A stretch of DNA of 64,000 nucleotides. It comes from Hydrolagus affinis (taxonomy: Eukaryota). Where the stretch lies: positions 62,001 through 126,000 of the forward strand of contig JAAILG010000190.1 in the NCBI GenBank assembly GCA_012026655.1. The letters are read 5' to 3'. The translations under genes were made by a program, and so were the position numbers. The notes under the pieces were generated by a model, which ran no database searches, had not been told where the DNA came from, and saw nothing but the letters and a program-made list of their open reading frames with translations. Below, in pieces: positions 40,185 to 52,842 of this stretch (position 1 is the stretch's first letter; every line of letters starts with the position of its first letter).

Positions 40185-40665
40185 CCATGGCATCCTCACA
40201 CCCTCATCTCTCACACCCATCGTTCCTCCTTCACTCTCACACTCACTCATACCCACACTCACATACTTCCTCCCTCACTCACTCACTCACACCCACCCTC
40301 ACACCCACTCACTCACATATTTATTCACTCATACCCTCATTCACACACTCCCTCATACCCTCACTCCTTTACACTCACTCATACCCACACACATACTTCC
40401 TCTCACTTACAAGCACCCAGTTCCCTCACTCACTCAAACTCACCCTCACACTCACTCACTCATACCCTCACACCCACTCATCCATACCCTCATCACATAC
40501 TTATTCACTCATACCCTCACTCACACCATCCCTCCCACGCACATTCACTCATACCCTCAATCGCACATTCACTCACGCACTCACACCCTTACACCATCAC
40601 TCATACCCTCATTCACCCACTCCCTCTCACACATTATCACTTATTTCCCTCAATCACTTCCTCCC
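40185..40665. repeat. Degenerate CACT/CATACCCTCA tandem low-complexity repeat upstream of CPPED1
   Basis: Recurrent CACTCATACCCTCA-like units, almost no G on the plus strand. Confidence 0.9.
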
Positions 40666-40737
40666 TACGGCTTATCTGAGGAGCCGACTCAAACCAACCC
40701 CCTCACCCTCCCTCCCCAACCAACCCGCCATCAAGCA

Positions 40738-41147
40738 TGCAATTGACTGCGACGTTTCACCCACAAATATACAGCCAATTAACTTTATAGTATATTCTGT
40801 GAAGGGCTTTGAGACGTCGATAAGATGTGAAAAGCGCTATATCAAATGCAAGGATTATTATTATTAATAATAATCTTGTATTTGATATAGCCTGGATCAC
40901 ATCGTTGAGATCTCCCAAAGCACTTTACAGAATATACTGTAGAGTGGATTGAGCTGTGTATCCCGTAAACAGTCGTGGATTGAAAATTACCAATTTTATT
41001 ATTGTGGTTTATTTTGGACAGATTATTATTAGGCATGTGGAATAAGGAAACTTGCACACGGTTTGAACCTGATCTGCTTGGCTTCGAACACGGGTCTCAT
41101 GCTTGTAAGGCAAGTGCTCTAACCACTGAGTTACAGGTCAGCTCCAC
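40738..41147. mobile_element. Tail-to-tail family A SINE pair (plus 3' fragment 40738-40865, minus near-full copy 40866-41147)
   Basis: Junction ...GCAAGGATTATTATTATT|AATAATAATCTTGTATTTGATATAGC..., with the head at the right end. Confidence 0.88.
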
Positions 41148-41661
41148 GTATATGCTATTATTACTTAAATTGGTTTGAAAAACCACAGCTTTCTATCCCC
41201 ACCCCCACCCGTAACCCACCCACATGCCCCCAAAATACACACGTTTGTAGTGTGGACATCTCTGGCAATGTCACAAGCTCTCAACGTTACCTTTATTATA
41301 GGACGTGCCCTCAAGAACAGTAAATGTCCCAGTCCCATATTTTAACTGGGGGTTATTTCCATCCACATTCCCATTTTAGTGGAACGTCACAATTGGTTGC
41401 TTCAGTTCCGTGGGATGTTCTACCAATGTGATATATGAATGCAATTTGTTGTTCAGTACTACTATACATTCACTCACTTCCTTTAGCGAAGTGCAGTAAA
41501 TCTGTTTGCCCTTTCTCTCAAGCTGCTTTCACAAGTGGCCGCAGGATTGAGGACCTTGCTCAAGTGGCGTTTCTCAATATTTGATGGTTGATTAGCTATA
41601 TACAGTATGTGGTCATGAATCATGATCCAATGTTAGTTACAAGGTCTTATAACATGATTTA

Positions 41662-42536
41662 CTGGTGTTGGGATAGGGAGGTACTGTATTAAAAATTTGT
41701 TGGAATTTCCAATCCCGAGAGTTCAAAATAATGACCCAACAATCCTTAATAAAGGTACAGTGATTTAATGATTATAAGCAATTTTAGAATGATAGAATAA
41801 AAGAATCATACTACCAGTTCCATGTAATACAATGCTGGATTCAGGCTGTTACACCATAAGTCAAGTTTAGGCTTCTCACAATACTCACTCCTAACTTTCC
41901 TTCTCTAACTGGCCCTTCCCTGCCTGTAAAACAGAATAACTGGAACCATGACCCGTTCCAGTAGTTCTGGACAACAGTGGCAGGCTGGAGATCTCGGTTT
42001 ACCCTGAGACACTCCCCAACTGTTGTAACAAGCCACTCTTTCTCTCCTATCTTTATACTTCTCCACCATAACTAACTCAGCCAGTTGATCACTTGGACAT
42101 TGTCCAGAAGCGATGTCAAAACCAGACTATCTAAAGGCCAGAATTGTAGGGAGTTGTTCGCCTCCCTTCTTTTCCCAGACCTTGAGATGGCTCTCTTGCT
42201 ACTCACTTGGCAATTTCCCAAATGAGTACAATCCTTTGCGCCTTTGTTAATTGAGTCCTCTGTCCCTATCTACATCTCGAGCCGCTCTCATTCAATTCTT
42301 TATTTATCCTAGAAGCTAATGTTATTGCGCTCCTTGGATTATTGGCACGGACCAGTATCCAAGGTTGTCTCAGCAGAGGGGAATGTGCACCTGGTGTTTT
42401 GTGTAGACAAGTTGTTTCTCTCCTTTTGCTCAAGGTTGCTGACCATACCTGTGTTGTGGATAGATTGTTTTAATTGGTGCCTGATTGGAACTAACTATAA
42501 TGATTTTTAATACAGTACCTCCATATCCCAACACTG
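41662..42536. mobile_element. Putative non-autonomous DNA transposon (MITE-like) with 32-bp terminal inverted repeats
   Basis: 41665-41696 GTGTTGGGATAGGGAGGTACTGTATTAAAAAT matches the reverse complement of 42503-42534 with 1 mismatch. No coding capacity inside. Confidence 0.65.
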
Positions 42537-44140
42537 TATAGCAACAGGAGTGGAAACCTTCATTATCAGCTTACTTAGGTTGGTAACCCTTTTGCCTCTA
42601 CATTTAAAAAAAGAAGCAATAAATCTATTTCACCATTCATAATCATCCTGACGATTACTTGGCAAAACCAATTTAAGTTAAGCGATTGAAATCTGACATG
42701 CTAAATGACACTTACGACAATGTTTTCAGCTACCAGAATCAAATGTCCTCTTTGTTTCTTGTTCACACTGTGCAATGTACTCTGCAAAGAATATTGCATA
42801 ATTTATTCCAATGGATACAATATTCTTTTACTGTCCCAAGGAGTGCGAAAGAAACCCAGGATCTGATAAATCTAAGTTGAGGCAAGTGTGGCACAGAGGT
42901 AACTGCATTTAAACCTCAAGCAGTCCTGTGGACGATCAATCAATATGTACCAGTAGAGTCAACAAGGTGGCTTCCTTTACACCAGCCATTGCCTTCCAGT
43001 ATCCAAAGCTTCAGAGCCATCAGTAATGGCTCTGTAATTTCCCAGTTATGAGCTGCAGGACCTTTTGATCTGCTTAAAATCAGTGTTGCTGCTTTATTCC
43101 TCGCTATTCTACCAGAGGTGAATTGGTAATGAAACTTATTTCCTGAGGGGTTAATAGAAATCTGATTCCAAAGGTTAACTGAACATTTGCTTCTCATAGC
43201 ATTGTGTAACCTCAAACATCTTAGGCTCTTAACTTTTCTGAACTGTCTGGGCAGTTACACTCGTCTCAAGACTTTCATGTTCTGTAGGTTGGCAAAACTG
43301 AAGGGAGCAGAAATTTGTGAGTAACCACACTCTAATCCACAGTCCAGCATTGAGACTTGCATCCTGTGATGATAAGTAATGTGGCAGTATTATTTGGATG
43401 TGCACTTTGTGGAAAGAGAAAATGAAGTGAATGGTATTGAATTTGTACAATTCCTGTCTGTAAGCCAGTCACATAATGGAGCCACGACCTCATATCTAAA
43501 ACCTCATAAACACATTGCTGTAGGAGAATCCTTGATTATTTTATGACTGTCACATCAAAATAGTTTCCTATTCTAAACATTTTAGCAGCTAGATGCCAAA
43601 AAAGCAAAATGTGTTGCTTAATTTGCTGCTTTAATCTCCAGACTGTGAAATACTTTTCTGGATTTGTAACTAATCCAAACATATATAATATATATGAAAG
43701 CTTCCAAACGTATTTTTTAAAAGGCCAACATTTTATGAAAAGGGATGAAAAGTACTGTACCAATATATGTCATTCAATCGGGACTCTGCCATTGCAGATA
43801 GTGTGATTTGTTGATCTGATTCCTTAGCTATCCTGAGTGTACAATTATTGCGAAATGAAATGACCCTCAATTAATGGGTCAGACTTTCATTTTAATTGAA
43901 ATTCAGGAGAAGACTCCCATTGTCTATTCAGCAGTGCGTTAGAAACAAATTGGAGCAAATAGAAAATAATGATCAACCAGGTACAAAATAAGCTGGCAAA
44001 ACTCGCTGATGTCTGTGTGTCAGTGTATACGACAATCACTCAATAACCGATTGACATAGAGGCATGATATTTAAACCTTATCAGAAAGGTCTTGCATTTG
44101 GCTGTATCGTCAACATATTGTTTTGGTGGGGATCTCCTCG

Positions 44141-44172
<32 letters not shown>

Positions 44173-44535
44173 ATTGATCAATCGATCAATCAATCAATCA
44201 ATCAATCAAAACTTACATTTATATAACGCCTTTCATGTCAGGAGGACATCCCAAGGCGCTGTACAGTTAGGTAGGGACAAGAGCAGAGGGGAGGGGATTG
44301 GGGCAGGATGAAGAAGAGTAGGAAAATTGCCCATATATTTGTGGGTGAAACGCGGCAGCCAAATTGCACACAGCAGTGTCCCACAAACAGTCATGGAAGT
44401 GGGATTAGGGGAAAAAGGGGGAAAGATGGCAAGGGGAGGGGTCGGAGTAGGGGGAAGAAGAGCAGGAAAGCTGACTGTATATTTGTGGGCGAAATGCGGC
44501 AACCAAATTGCGCATAGCAGTGTCCCACAAACAGT
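44141..44535 (-). mobile_element. L2 tail with (TCAA)n microsatellite fused to two tandem family A SINE body fragments
   Basis: (ATCA)n-AAACTTACATTTATATAACGCCTTTCATGTCAGGAGGACATCCCAAGGCGC.., then GAAGAAGAG..TATATTTGTGGG..CAGCAGTGTCCCACAAACAGT twice. Confidence 0.8.
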
Positions 44536-45987
44536 GGGATGAGCTATATTAACTAACTAATTATTTAATTAAGCCCTAAGACATTGCTTTGTTTTCAACA
44601 ACTACATAGCGACAGGGGAAAGCACACACTATTCCATGAGATATGTCTATATTCTGCAACAAATCTATGGCATTTTTTTCTGGTTGTCATGGGAGCTAGA
44701 ATCCTCCCATGTGGGAGAGACAGAGAGGGGGAGACTGAGAGAAAGAGACTGAGACAGTAAGACAGACTAAGGGAGACAGAGCAGAGTCCTCCCACAGGAG
44801 TCCTCCCAGCTGAGAATAATGTCTAAACTAAATGTGTGTCTCTTCGTCAATCTACATTCCATATTGGATCCTTTGGTCACATGCAAAGCTGCAACGAGTA
44901 CAGCTAGTTTAATGTATTTTGTTTTTCTCTACGGGTTATCATTATTTCTCTCATTATCATTATTTCTCTCCTCAATAACATATCATGAATTTTTTAAATA
45001 TCCCTGGCCAGCAAAGAAGATCTGTGCAATTCAGAAAAAGTGAATGACAAAACACAGTAGTGCTAAAATACCTCGATAGAATCCCATCAGTCCATGTCTC
45101 GAAAGTCGTATTCAGGGTAGTAGCGTGAAAGTAATCACATCAATAAATTATTAGTATTCTAACAGGCGTTAAGCAGTCCCAAGAACAAAACTGGTGTCAT
45201 TTAACTCTTCCTGGCAGATTTATTTATAAAATGGAATGTGCTCACACCTTTTAGAGTGAGTGGTAACACTGGGACCTAAAAAAACAATCACACCATTATA
45301 AAGCATTATGATTGATGCCCTTTGAGCTCCTCTGTTGTTTGTATTGATTTTTCTATTTGAACAAAGTGAACCCATGATTGATGATCTAATAGGCTCGAAG
45401 GAGCCACTTAGCCTATGAGCCAGTGAACTTCATATATACTCATTAACCCTCGATAACTCAGCTATTTACAAATGTATACATAAGTGTATCTTTTTACAAG
45501 GTTCTACATAATTCAACTTACTGGTCATAAGCTGTTTAGGTATATTTGTTATATTAATAATGTCTCAACCCAATTCAATGTGATTATTATTGTGATGGAT
45601 GTTAATACGGTTGAATTCCACACATGAAGGAATAAGGTAGTTCCCCTCACTTTCCTCCGCTTTTGTGCTAGTTTTACATCACGTTCTATGGGAATTTAAT
45701 TGGATTGCAAAATGCAGAAGTTATTTTAAAATGTTGCGTCAGTTAAACATTGAGAAATGTGGTACAAATGTGCCTGTTGTAGATTATATGTTTGATCTAT
45801 ATATCTTACAAGTATATGGTGTGTAGCTGTCTCATTTTCTTGAGTTTTCTACAGTCATGCTTGTTCCTGAACATTTATAAGTCAAAATGCTTTAGGAAAG
45901 GTTCAAGTGCAACTCTGGAACACAACTACCTGGAACTTGATGAAAACTGTCTGTGATCGTGATTTAATAATTGATGATCTGTGTGTC

Positions 45988-46210
45988 AGCCTAGCTCAGC
46001 TAGTCGAGCTCTCATCTTTGAGTCAGAAGGCTGTGGCATTCAAGCCCCACGTTGGGACATCGAACTTGTGTAGTCTCGGGTAATGTTCCAGTTGCAATGT
46101 TGGAGGTGCCAACCTTTGGATGAAATTAAGCCAAAGTTGGATCTACTTTTGTTCAGGTGGTGAACTTTTAAAATCTCATGACACTGTTTGAAAAGGGAAG
46201 GGATTTTCTT
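45988..46210 (+). mobile_element. Old Deu-domain tRNA-SINE (SacSINE1-like), 5' part
   Basis: TAGCTCAG..TGAGTCAGAAGGCTGTGGCATTCAAGCCCCAC..TTGGAGGTGCC..TTTGGATGA..TTCAGGTGG..ATCTCATGACACTGTTTGAAAAGG. Confidence 0.65.
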
Positions 46211-47029
46211 TCTAGAAATTTATGGCACAGAAAAAACGCCACCTGGTCCATTGGGTATATTTTTTCAAAATATTTTTTAATTGTTAATGCTTTTTTGGTG
46301 CCAGACTATAAAAAAAATTAAAATCGAACTTATTAGGGACAATTTGTATTGTCGTCTATGAAATAAGGACCTTCATAAAGTTAATAAGGAATGATTTGAA
46401 ATTTGTTTGAAGCTATAGAAATACAATGTATTGCAGGGTGCCATGGTTAATTGAGTTTTGTAAACTGCAGCATGGAATATGAATGGTTATTTGGTTACAG
46501 TATTGCATTTAGTATTACTCCATCCATTAGAGTTTTTGAAGACGATAATAATCCTTGCCATTGATATTGCGCCTTATCACGTTTTCGAGACGTCTCAAAG
46601 CACTTCACAGAATGTACAGTAAAGTGAATTGACTATATATATTGTGGGTGAAATATTGTTAGGTTAACAGGAGCGGAGTGGGAAGAATTGTTTGGTCTAC
46701 CCCTCCAGCTTGTTAGCTCCTTGACTTACTCTTTTATCTCTCCTGCACCCCTTCTCCCTTGCCCCCTAATGATTCTTTTCTGTTTTGCAACTTTATCTTT
46801 TTCTCTCCCCTCGCTCATTTTAGTTGAAACCTTCCCTCACAGCACTACCCTGTACTCCCAGAAGATGTTGCTGGAATCATTATGTGAGGATGGGTTTGTG
46901 GCCCTTAACAAGAATTAAACGAGAGTCAACCAGGCTTCACTCTAGGGTTACACGATCGATCAAACAATAACCAGTAGATTGCCTGGATTAGGGGATTCAC
47001 CCACAGTCATCCATCATTGCATAGTTTAT

Positions 47030-47160
47030 CCTGTAGTGCTGTTTGTTTCGCCCACAAATATATAGTCAATTCACTTTATAGTATATTCTGTGAAGCGCTT
47101 TGAGACGTCTAGTAGACATGAAAAAGCGCTATATCAAATGCAAAGATTATTATTATTATT
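47030..47160 (+). mobile_element. Family A SINE 3' fragment (an opposite-orientation tail lies at 46545-46655)
   Basis: Near-consensus tail. Further short family A fragments lie at ~17800, 21490, 24095, 30375, 33330, 35705, 39205, 48440, 49265, 51435, 51900, 52660, 54000, 61575 and 63105. Confidence 0.85.
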
Positions 47161-49819
47161 AATCCTGATATAAAAGATGCTGTAGTAAATGTAAAGATAA
47201 AGACTACCGTTAGCAAATGAGCAGCAGTTTCCTGCATAGTGATGCCTGATAAAGTACTATACCTGGAAAGTGTTACTTCTCTAACATTATTTGGAAATAA
47301 GCTTCATTGTTTGAATTAAATCTGGGTCATTTGTTATATTCAAGATGCTGTTGGAATCGAATATTGTGTTGAGTTATGCTAATTGTATCTCATTTACATT
47401 AGCAAATTACATTAATTAGAAAAGAGACTTTAATGCAGAAATTGGAACTCCTATCTTTATAAAACTCGGAGTATTAGGCGATAATATATGAATAAAGCAT
47501 GTTAATTAGACTCTTTTGATGTTGGCCTTGTTTCTGAAACAATGTCTGCTGAAGGTGCGAGTTTCTCCTGCAGAACAAATCCGAAGCAAATCTTAAAATG
47601 TTATTTCATTGTTTTTTGGGCTCTCAATTTGAATAAAAATGCACCATGTGTATACTCGAATCTTAAGACCGACATTTCTGCACTCAGCTTGTAAATGGCA
47701 TTATAGTTGTACCTCAAATTTTGTTGGCTCCTCAGTATTTGCTTCAGTGTCTTTTTCTAACTTGACCAAAATCCCAGACTTACTGATAAGACCAAAAAAC
47801 TTTCAGTCTCGCAAGATACCTTGTACAAAATGCTTGTTGTACAATTAAACATTGGTGAAAACTTATTGTGATACGAGCAACATACTGTAAAGGTGCGAAT
47901 AATGCTTTGATACTAAATCCTTCTGAAAATTCTACCATCTGGCCTCCGTAATCTCCATTCATCCCTGTAATCAAAAGCCAGCAGAATCATTATGCAGCAA
48001 AGTTTTAAGGTGTAACAATTTGTGGGTGATGGAGCGGTTGCTAATACTGGGCTTAGTGTCGGCTACAGAATAGAGACCAGGTGCTTCACTTAGAATTCGT
48101 AACATTCCCATGGGCCAATCTCACATCTCCCCAGCAGTTGCCTCAAGAGCAGTTGCCAGAGATTCAGGAGTATTAGCTGCACATTATCTTGGTTGAAGAA
48201 TTGGGCAGAGGACTTCAGCATTTAACAAGATCAATTCAAGATGGGGGGGAGGTGAGGGCCGAACATTAACACAATGGTTAATAAGACCACAGTGTAGTTT
48301 GACATCCTATTAATTCTACTCTAGTGCACAATAATTGTGATATTGTTGATGATGAAGCAGGGTTTTGGACATCTATTCCAAATGAAGTTAATTTCAACCA
48401 ACGTATAATCAGATCACCCATACCATTGCTAACCATTTTGACCACAAAATATACAGTCAATTCACTTCACAGTATATTGTGTGAAACGCTGTGCGACGTC
48501 TCGAAGACATGATAAGATGCTATATCAAATCCGAGCATCATTATTGGCGTGATTTTTTGTGAGGTTTGAAAGCTGCTGAGGTTTCATATTAAATGCTAAA
48601 ATATTACTTTCGGGTTTAAAACCCATTGCAATTTCTCCTTTTCAATTCAAACTATTAATTTACTAAACAAGAGTCATATATATTACAGAAAGCATTGAGC
48701 AGGTTGAGTAGGTTTAGACTTCAGTCCTTAAAGGTGATTCTGTAAGTTGTATGGTTAGTAAGGTCCCAGGCTCTGTTATTTAATCTTATAGATATATACT
48801 GTAATAACTCTACACACAACTTGTGGCAATTTGAATTGCTGCTTGCTGCATGGACAGTATGCCAAATCAATGTTTAAAAAATACAAAGGTGCTCCCTCTA
48901 ATGGTAAAGACAATGTGGTACTGTACACAAGCCGAACAGTTGTGAGTTTGAACCAAGCACCTTGGAACATCCTCCCTTAGGTGAAAGGTGTTAGACAAAT
49001 GTAATCTGTTGTTGTTGTTGATCCCTGGCTGTGAGAGCATTCTGTCAGCAGATCTGATCCAGAAGAGCAGTCAAGGTGCAAGAAATAACTTTAATAACAC
49101 CAATGAGCTGAGGACAGGAAAAATGGTTTCACTGTCCATTCTCCTGCTCTCAGTATCCAGTGACCACCGATGAATTAAAAACTACCTTAATTACCTTAAG
49201 TGCTCTGAGGCGCTACCCAGGAGGGCACTTTATAAGTGCAAGTTCTTATTGTTGTTGTTGTAGCCAATTACGCACCGCAGTGTCCCAAAAACAGGCTTGG
49301 ATTCAGTAACCAAATGATTATTTGTTTTAATTTATTTTTTGGGTAAGGGATTATTAGGCCCAGAGAGCAATCCACCAATCGACTAGCAAGTGGGTTCCTG
49401 TACATGAAGCTGTACCTGTGGGAGTGGGTAGGCTGGGGCTTGGATAACCAGATAACACTTGCTTTTGCCATCACAAAAGATTACAGTTACCTGGATGGCA
49501 ACTGATGACTGTGGAACTGGAAAAGATTGAAGCCTTCAGCAGAGGAGGAGGAGTAGAGGGGGAAAATGGCAACAAGATTGCTTTAAATATCTTGAAAGAT
49601 TAAATAACATTTGGAAATCTAGTTGGTTAACCCATTTTTCTATTGATATCTTTATTACTGAAAATGAATATACATTTAGAAAAGAACAATCTTTATATTT
49701 GCAATTCATGCTGTCTTGGCTGCATTTGCCTTGTAAAATTATCGAACTCGTATCCTCAAAAATGGAAATGTTCAAAGCTGGAAATTTGTCTGTCTCAAGT
49801 TGGCCATTGATGTGGGCAC

Positions 49820-49946
49820 CTGGATTATTATTAGGCATGTGGAGTAAGGAAACTTGCCCAAGGTTTCGCCCTGATCTGCCTGGATTCGAACACAGGTCTC
49901 AGGCTTGTACGGCGAGTGCTCTAACCACTGAGCTGCAGGGGCTCCA
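49820..49946 (-). mobile_element. Family A SINE 5' half (tRNA head)
   Basis: GGAGTAAGGAAACTTGCCCAAGGTTTCGCCC..GGATTCGAAC..GAGTGCTCTAACCACTGAGCTGCAGGGGCTCC. Confidence 0.85.
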
Positions 49947-50366
49947 TAAGTGATGGTAAGTTGGCCTTGACCTTGGTATTGACAAAGGTGATTGTTCGCT
50001 CTTTGCTCGTCTTATTTACACTCACAGGGACTGGAAGTGATAAACACCTTTGATAATGGTTCTTTGCCATTCACATCTGTTAGTGCAGCTGTCTCTCAGC
50101 TGTCAATATTAACTTCTGTTCAGACGGAGGTTGTGTCTTAAAGAATTTCCTTAAAGCTTCTCCACACACCGGCCACTGAGAACACTGAAGACTGAACACT
50201 GTTCTACACTAGCAATAGAAGAAGTGAGCTTTGTTCTCCTCGTTTGAAATGGCCAGTCCAGTGAAGAGCTGCGTTGCTCTTTGCTCTGGATGGAACTGTA
50301 AATAGAGAGGTGAGATCAATATAACTGAACAAAATCTCCAGCCAGCTTGGTTTGCCTGTCAGGGCG

Positions 50367-51110
50367 CTCTCTGCCTCCTTGTCCTTGCCTCCTTCAAGTC
50401 CTGCCTCAAAACCCTCTTCTTCGACGACCCCATTGGCCACTCCAAATCCCTCCCTTTCCTTCCACCCTCCCTGTCACCAGCTCGGGTCTGAAACAATGAC
50501 TGTCCAGCGCCTTGTGATGTCCTCCTGATGCAAAAGGTACTATACAAGTGTAATTTTGTTGTTGTTTTTGTTGACCTGTCTGCTGCCTTCAACACTGTCA
50601 ACCACTTCATCCTACTACACCATCTCTCCTCCCAGCTCAATCCTTCTGCCTCTACCTTCATCTCCAGAAATACTACTGTCCTTACAGCCTAGCCTGTCTG
50701 TCAGACATCAAGTCCTGGATGAGAGCTAACTTTCTACAGTTGAATGTCAACAAGACAGATGCCCTACTGATTGGCTTGCGTCAGCGTCTTCACGCATCAG
50801 GCGCTGGCAGCATCAACATCCATGGTTGCTCACTCAACCTCACCAAGCCAGTCAGGAACCTGGGTGTCTCGTTCGAACATCAACTGTCTTTCCTCCCCCA
50901 TATCCAAGCCATGACTCGCTCTGCCTTCCCTTACCTCCGCAGTATTGCCCGACTCCGCCATTACCTTACCCTGAAGGCCGCTGAAACCCTCATTCATGTC
51001 TGCATTACATCCCAGTGTAACTATGCAATTGCCCTGCTTGTCAGCCATCCCATCCTCCTAATGCAAAAAGTGCTATACAAGTGTAATTTTATTGTTGTTT
51101 TGTTGTTGTC
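50367..51110 (+). mobile_element. Two tandem L2 LINE pieces: a 3' end (50367-50565) and an internally deleted RT-bearing copy (50566-51110)
   Basis: FVDLSAAFNTVNHFILL (RT motif), CLSDIKSWMRANFLQLNVNKTDALLIG...VRNLGVSF..LSFLPHI...AAETLIH (L2 ORF2), and two (TTG)n tails. Confidence 0.88.
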
Positions 51111-52742
51111 AGGGATTGCGCTATTTGTAGTCGAGACTTATTTTGTGATGTGATCATAGGGTCAATGAAAGCTGTTTGTTTCTCTGATCTCATGACTGTT
51201 TTCGGAAAGCGTTCTTGTTGAGTGCTTCTGTTGATGGTGATCACTGGGTCAGCACCAGGATAATGTGGGAAGGCTGGAAAATCACTTCTGTGATATGCTG
51301 GAGGCTGAAGAAGTGAAACCCAACTGTCTGCCTCCGACAATCTGCTGGAGGAATTGTGAGTACACGACTGGGGCTCACACATTGTTCAGCAAACCAGTGG
51401 TCCCCTTACACCTGGAACCTGGTTACTAAACAGACAATTCACTTCACAGTATGTTCTGTGAAGCGCTTTGAGACGTTTTGAAGAGGTGATAAGGCACAAT
51501 ATCAAATGAAAGTATTATTACTATTCATCTTGGCTAAGAACAACATACGTGAAATTCATTAAAATGTAGAAATTATGGTAATTTATTGGAAAAAAAAACA
51601 CTTTGTTCTCTAACTTTAAAGCCAAGAAACAATTGGATATTTTGCTCCTACAAAATATGCAGGCACTACACTTTTGGTCAAATGCTGTGACTCACTTTGA
51701 GATGTTTCCAAGACACAATAAGGCTCTATATCAAATGTATGGATCATTATTAGTTAATAACACCTAAAATAACTTCTTCAAGGGCGGTTCTGGCTGATGA
51801 CCTTTTACATCCCTCGTTCAGGCGCTGTTTCAAGAAATCCGACCCAAACATAAATATTATTAATATCGCAATACCTCCAGCTTCAGATAGGTTGAGCAGA
51901 ATTGGCTGCCAGATTTCACCTGCAAATATACAGTCCATTCACTTCACAGTATATTCTGCGAAGTGCTTTGCGAAGACGTGAGAAGCGCTAAATCAAAAAT
52001 GCAAAGATTATTATTGTTAATATTATATCTAACAATCTGATGCAATATATTGCAACAGTCACCTGATTTCTTTTTTTTTTAAAATGCTCTTCAGTTTAAT
52101 TCCTGAAAATTTAAAGTTCAAAGTTGAAGCTACTTGTTTTATGAACACAATTTTCCATTAAACTTTAAAGCTGCATTCTTCAGTAGTAAGGAATTATAAT
52201 CAGGAACCTCTTCTTTTTGGACCACTGTAGAAATGGACTTTTAGGCAATTTGGCCTCATTACCTAGATTATGGTTGTACAATGAGAGTTTAATGAGTTCC
52301 ACTGTGGCCTATTAAAATATTCTTTTGTTTCCTTGTTTAACACAAACTGTGACCTTTAGCAGGCTTATAAAATTGGTCACTGTGCCCTTTACACAATACA
52401 AACCTAATGAAAGACAGTGCTTCAGATTCGTGCTAGAATTTTTAACACCAGTTTTAATGAATGGGTAGGCATGCGCTGTGCTGAAGTGGTTGTATTATTA
52501 TTATCCATAATCATTGTGTGATTACCATCCATCCTTTAGACTTTAGTATCCCTTTATAGTTGCTAGCATTGCATTGATAAAGCAATTGAGCGACATGCCT
52601 TCCTGTAAATGCAGATTGGTGTTTTCGCATTTTTCTTTCCACTGACTATTCACCTACTTTTGCCTGCAAAATACACACACATCACACTTTAAAGTAAGCA
52701 CTTTGTGAAGTGCTTTGGGATGTCCCCCTATATCAAAGTTGA

Positions 52743-52842
52743 NNNNNNNNNNNNNNNNNNNNNNNNNNNNNNNNNNNNNNNNNNNNNNNNNNNNNNNNNN
52801 NNNNNNNNNNNNNNNNNNNNNNNNNNNNNNNNNNNNNNNNNN
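52743..52842. other. Assembly gap (100 N)
   Basis: Run of N. Confidence 1.

Noticed and set aside
39471-40867. Long ORFs (182-405 aa) rich in P/S/L/H/T
   Set aside because: They arise from low-complexity C/T and CACT repeats and span an N-gap. Only the minus-strand 40099-40021 part is real coding sequence.
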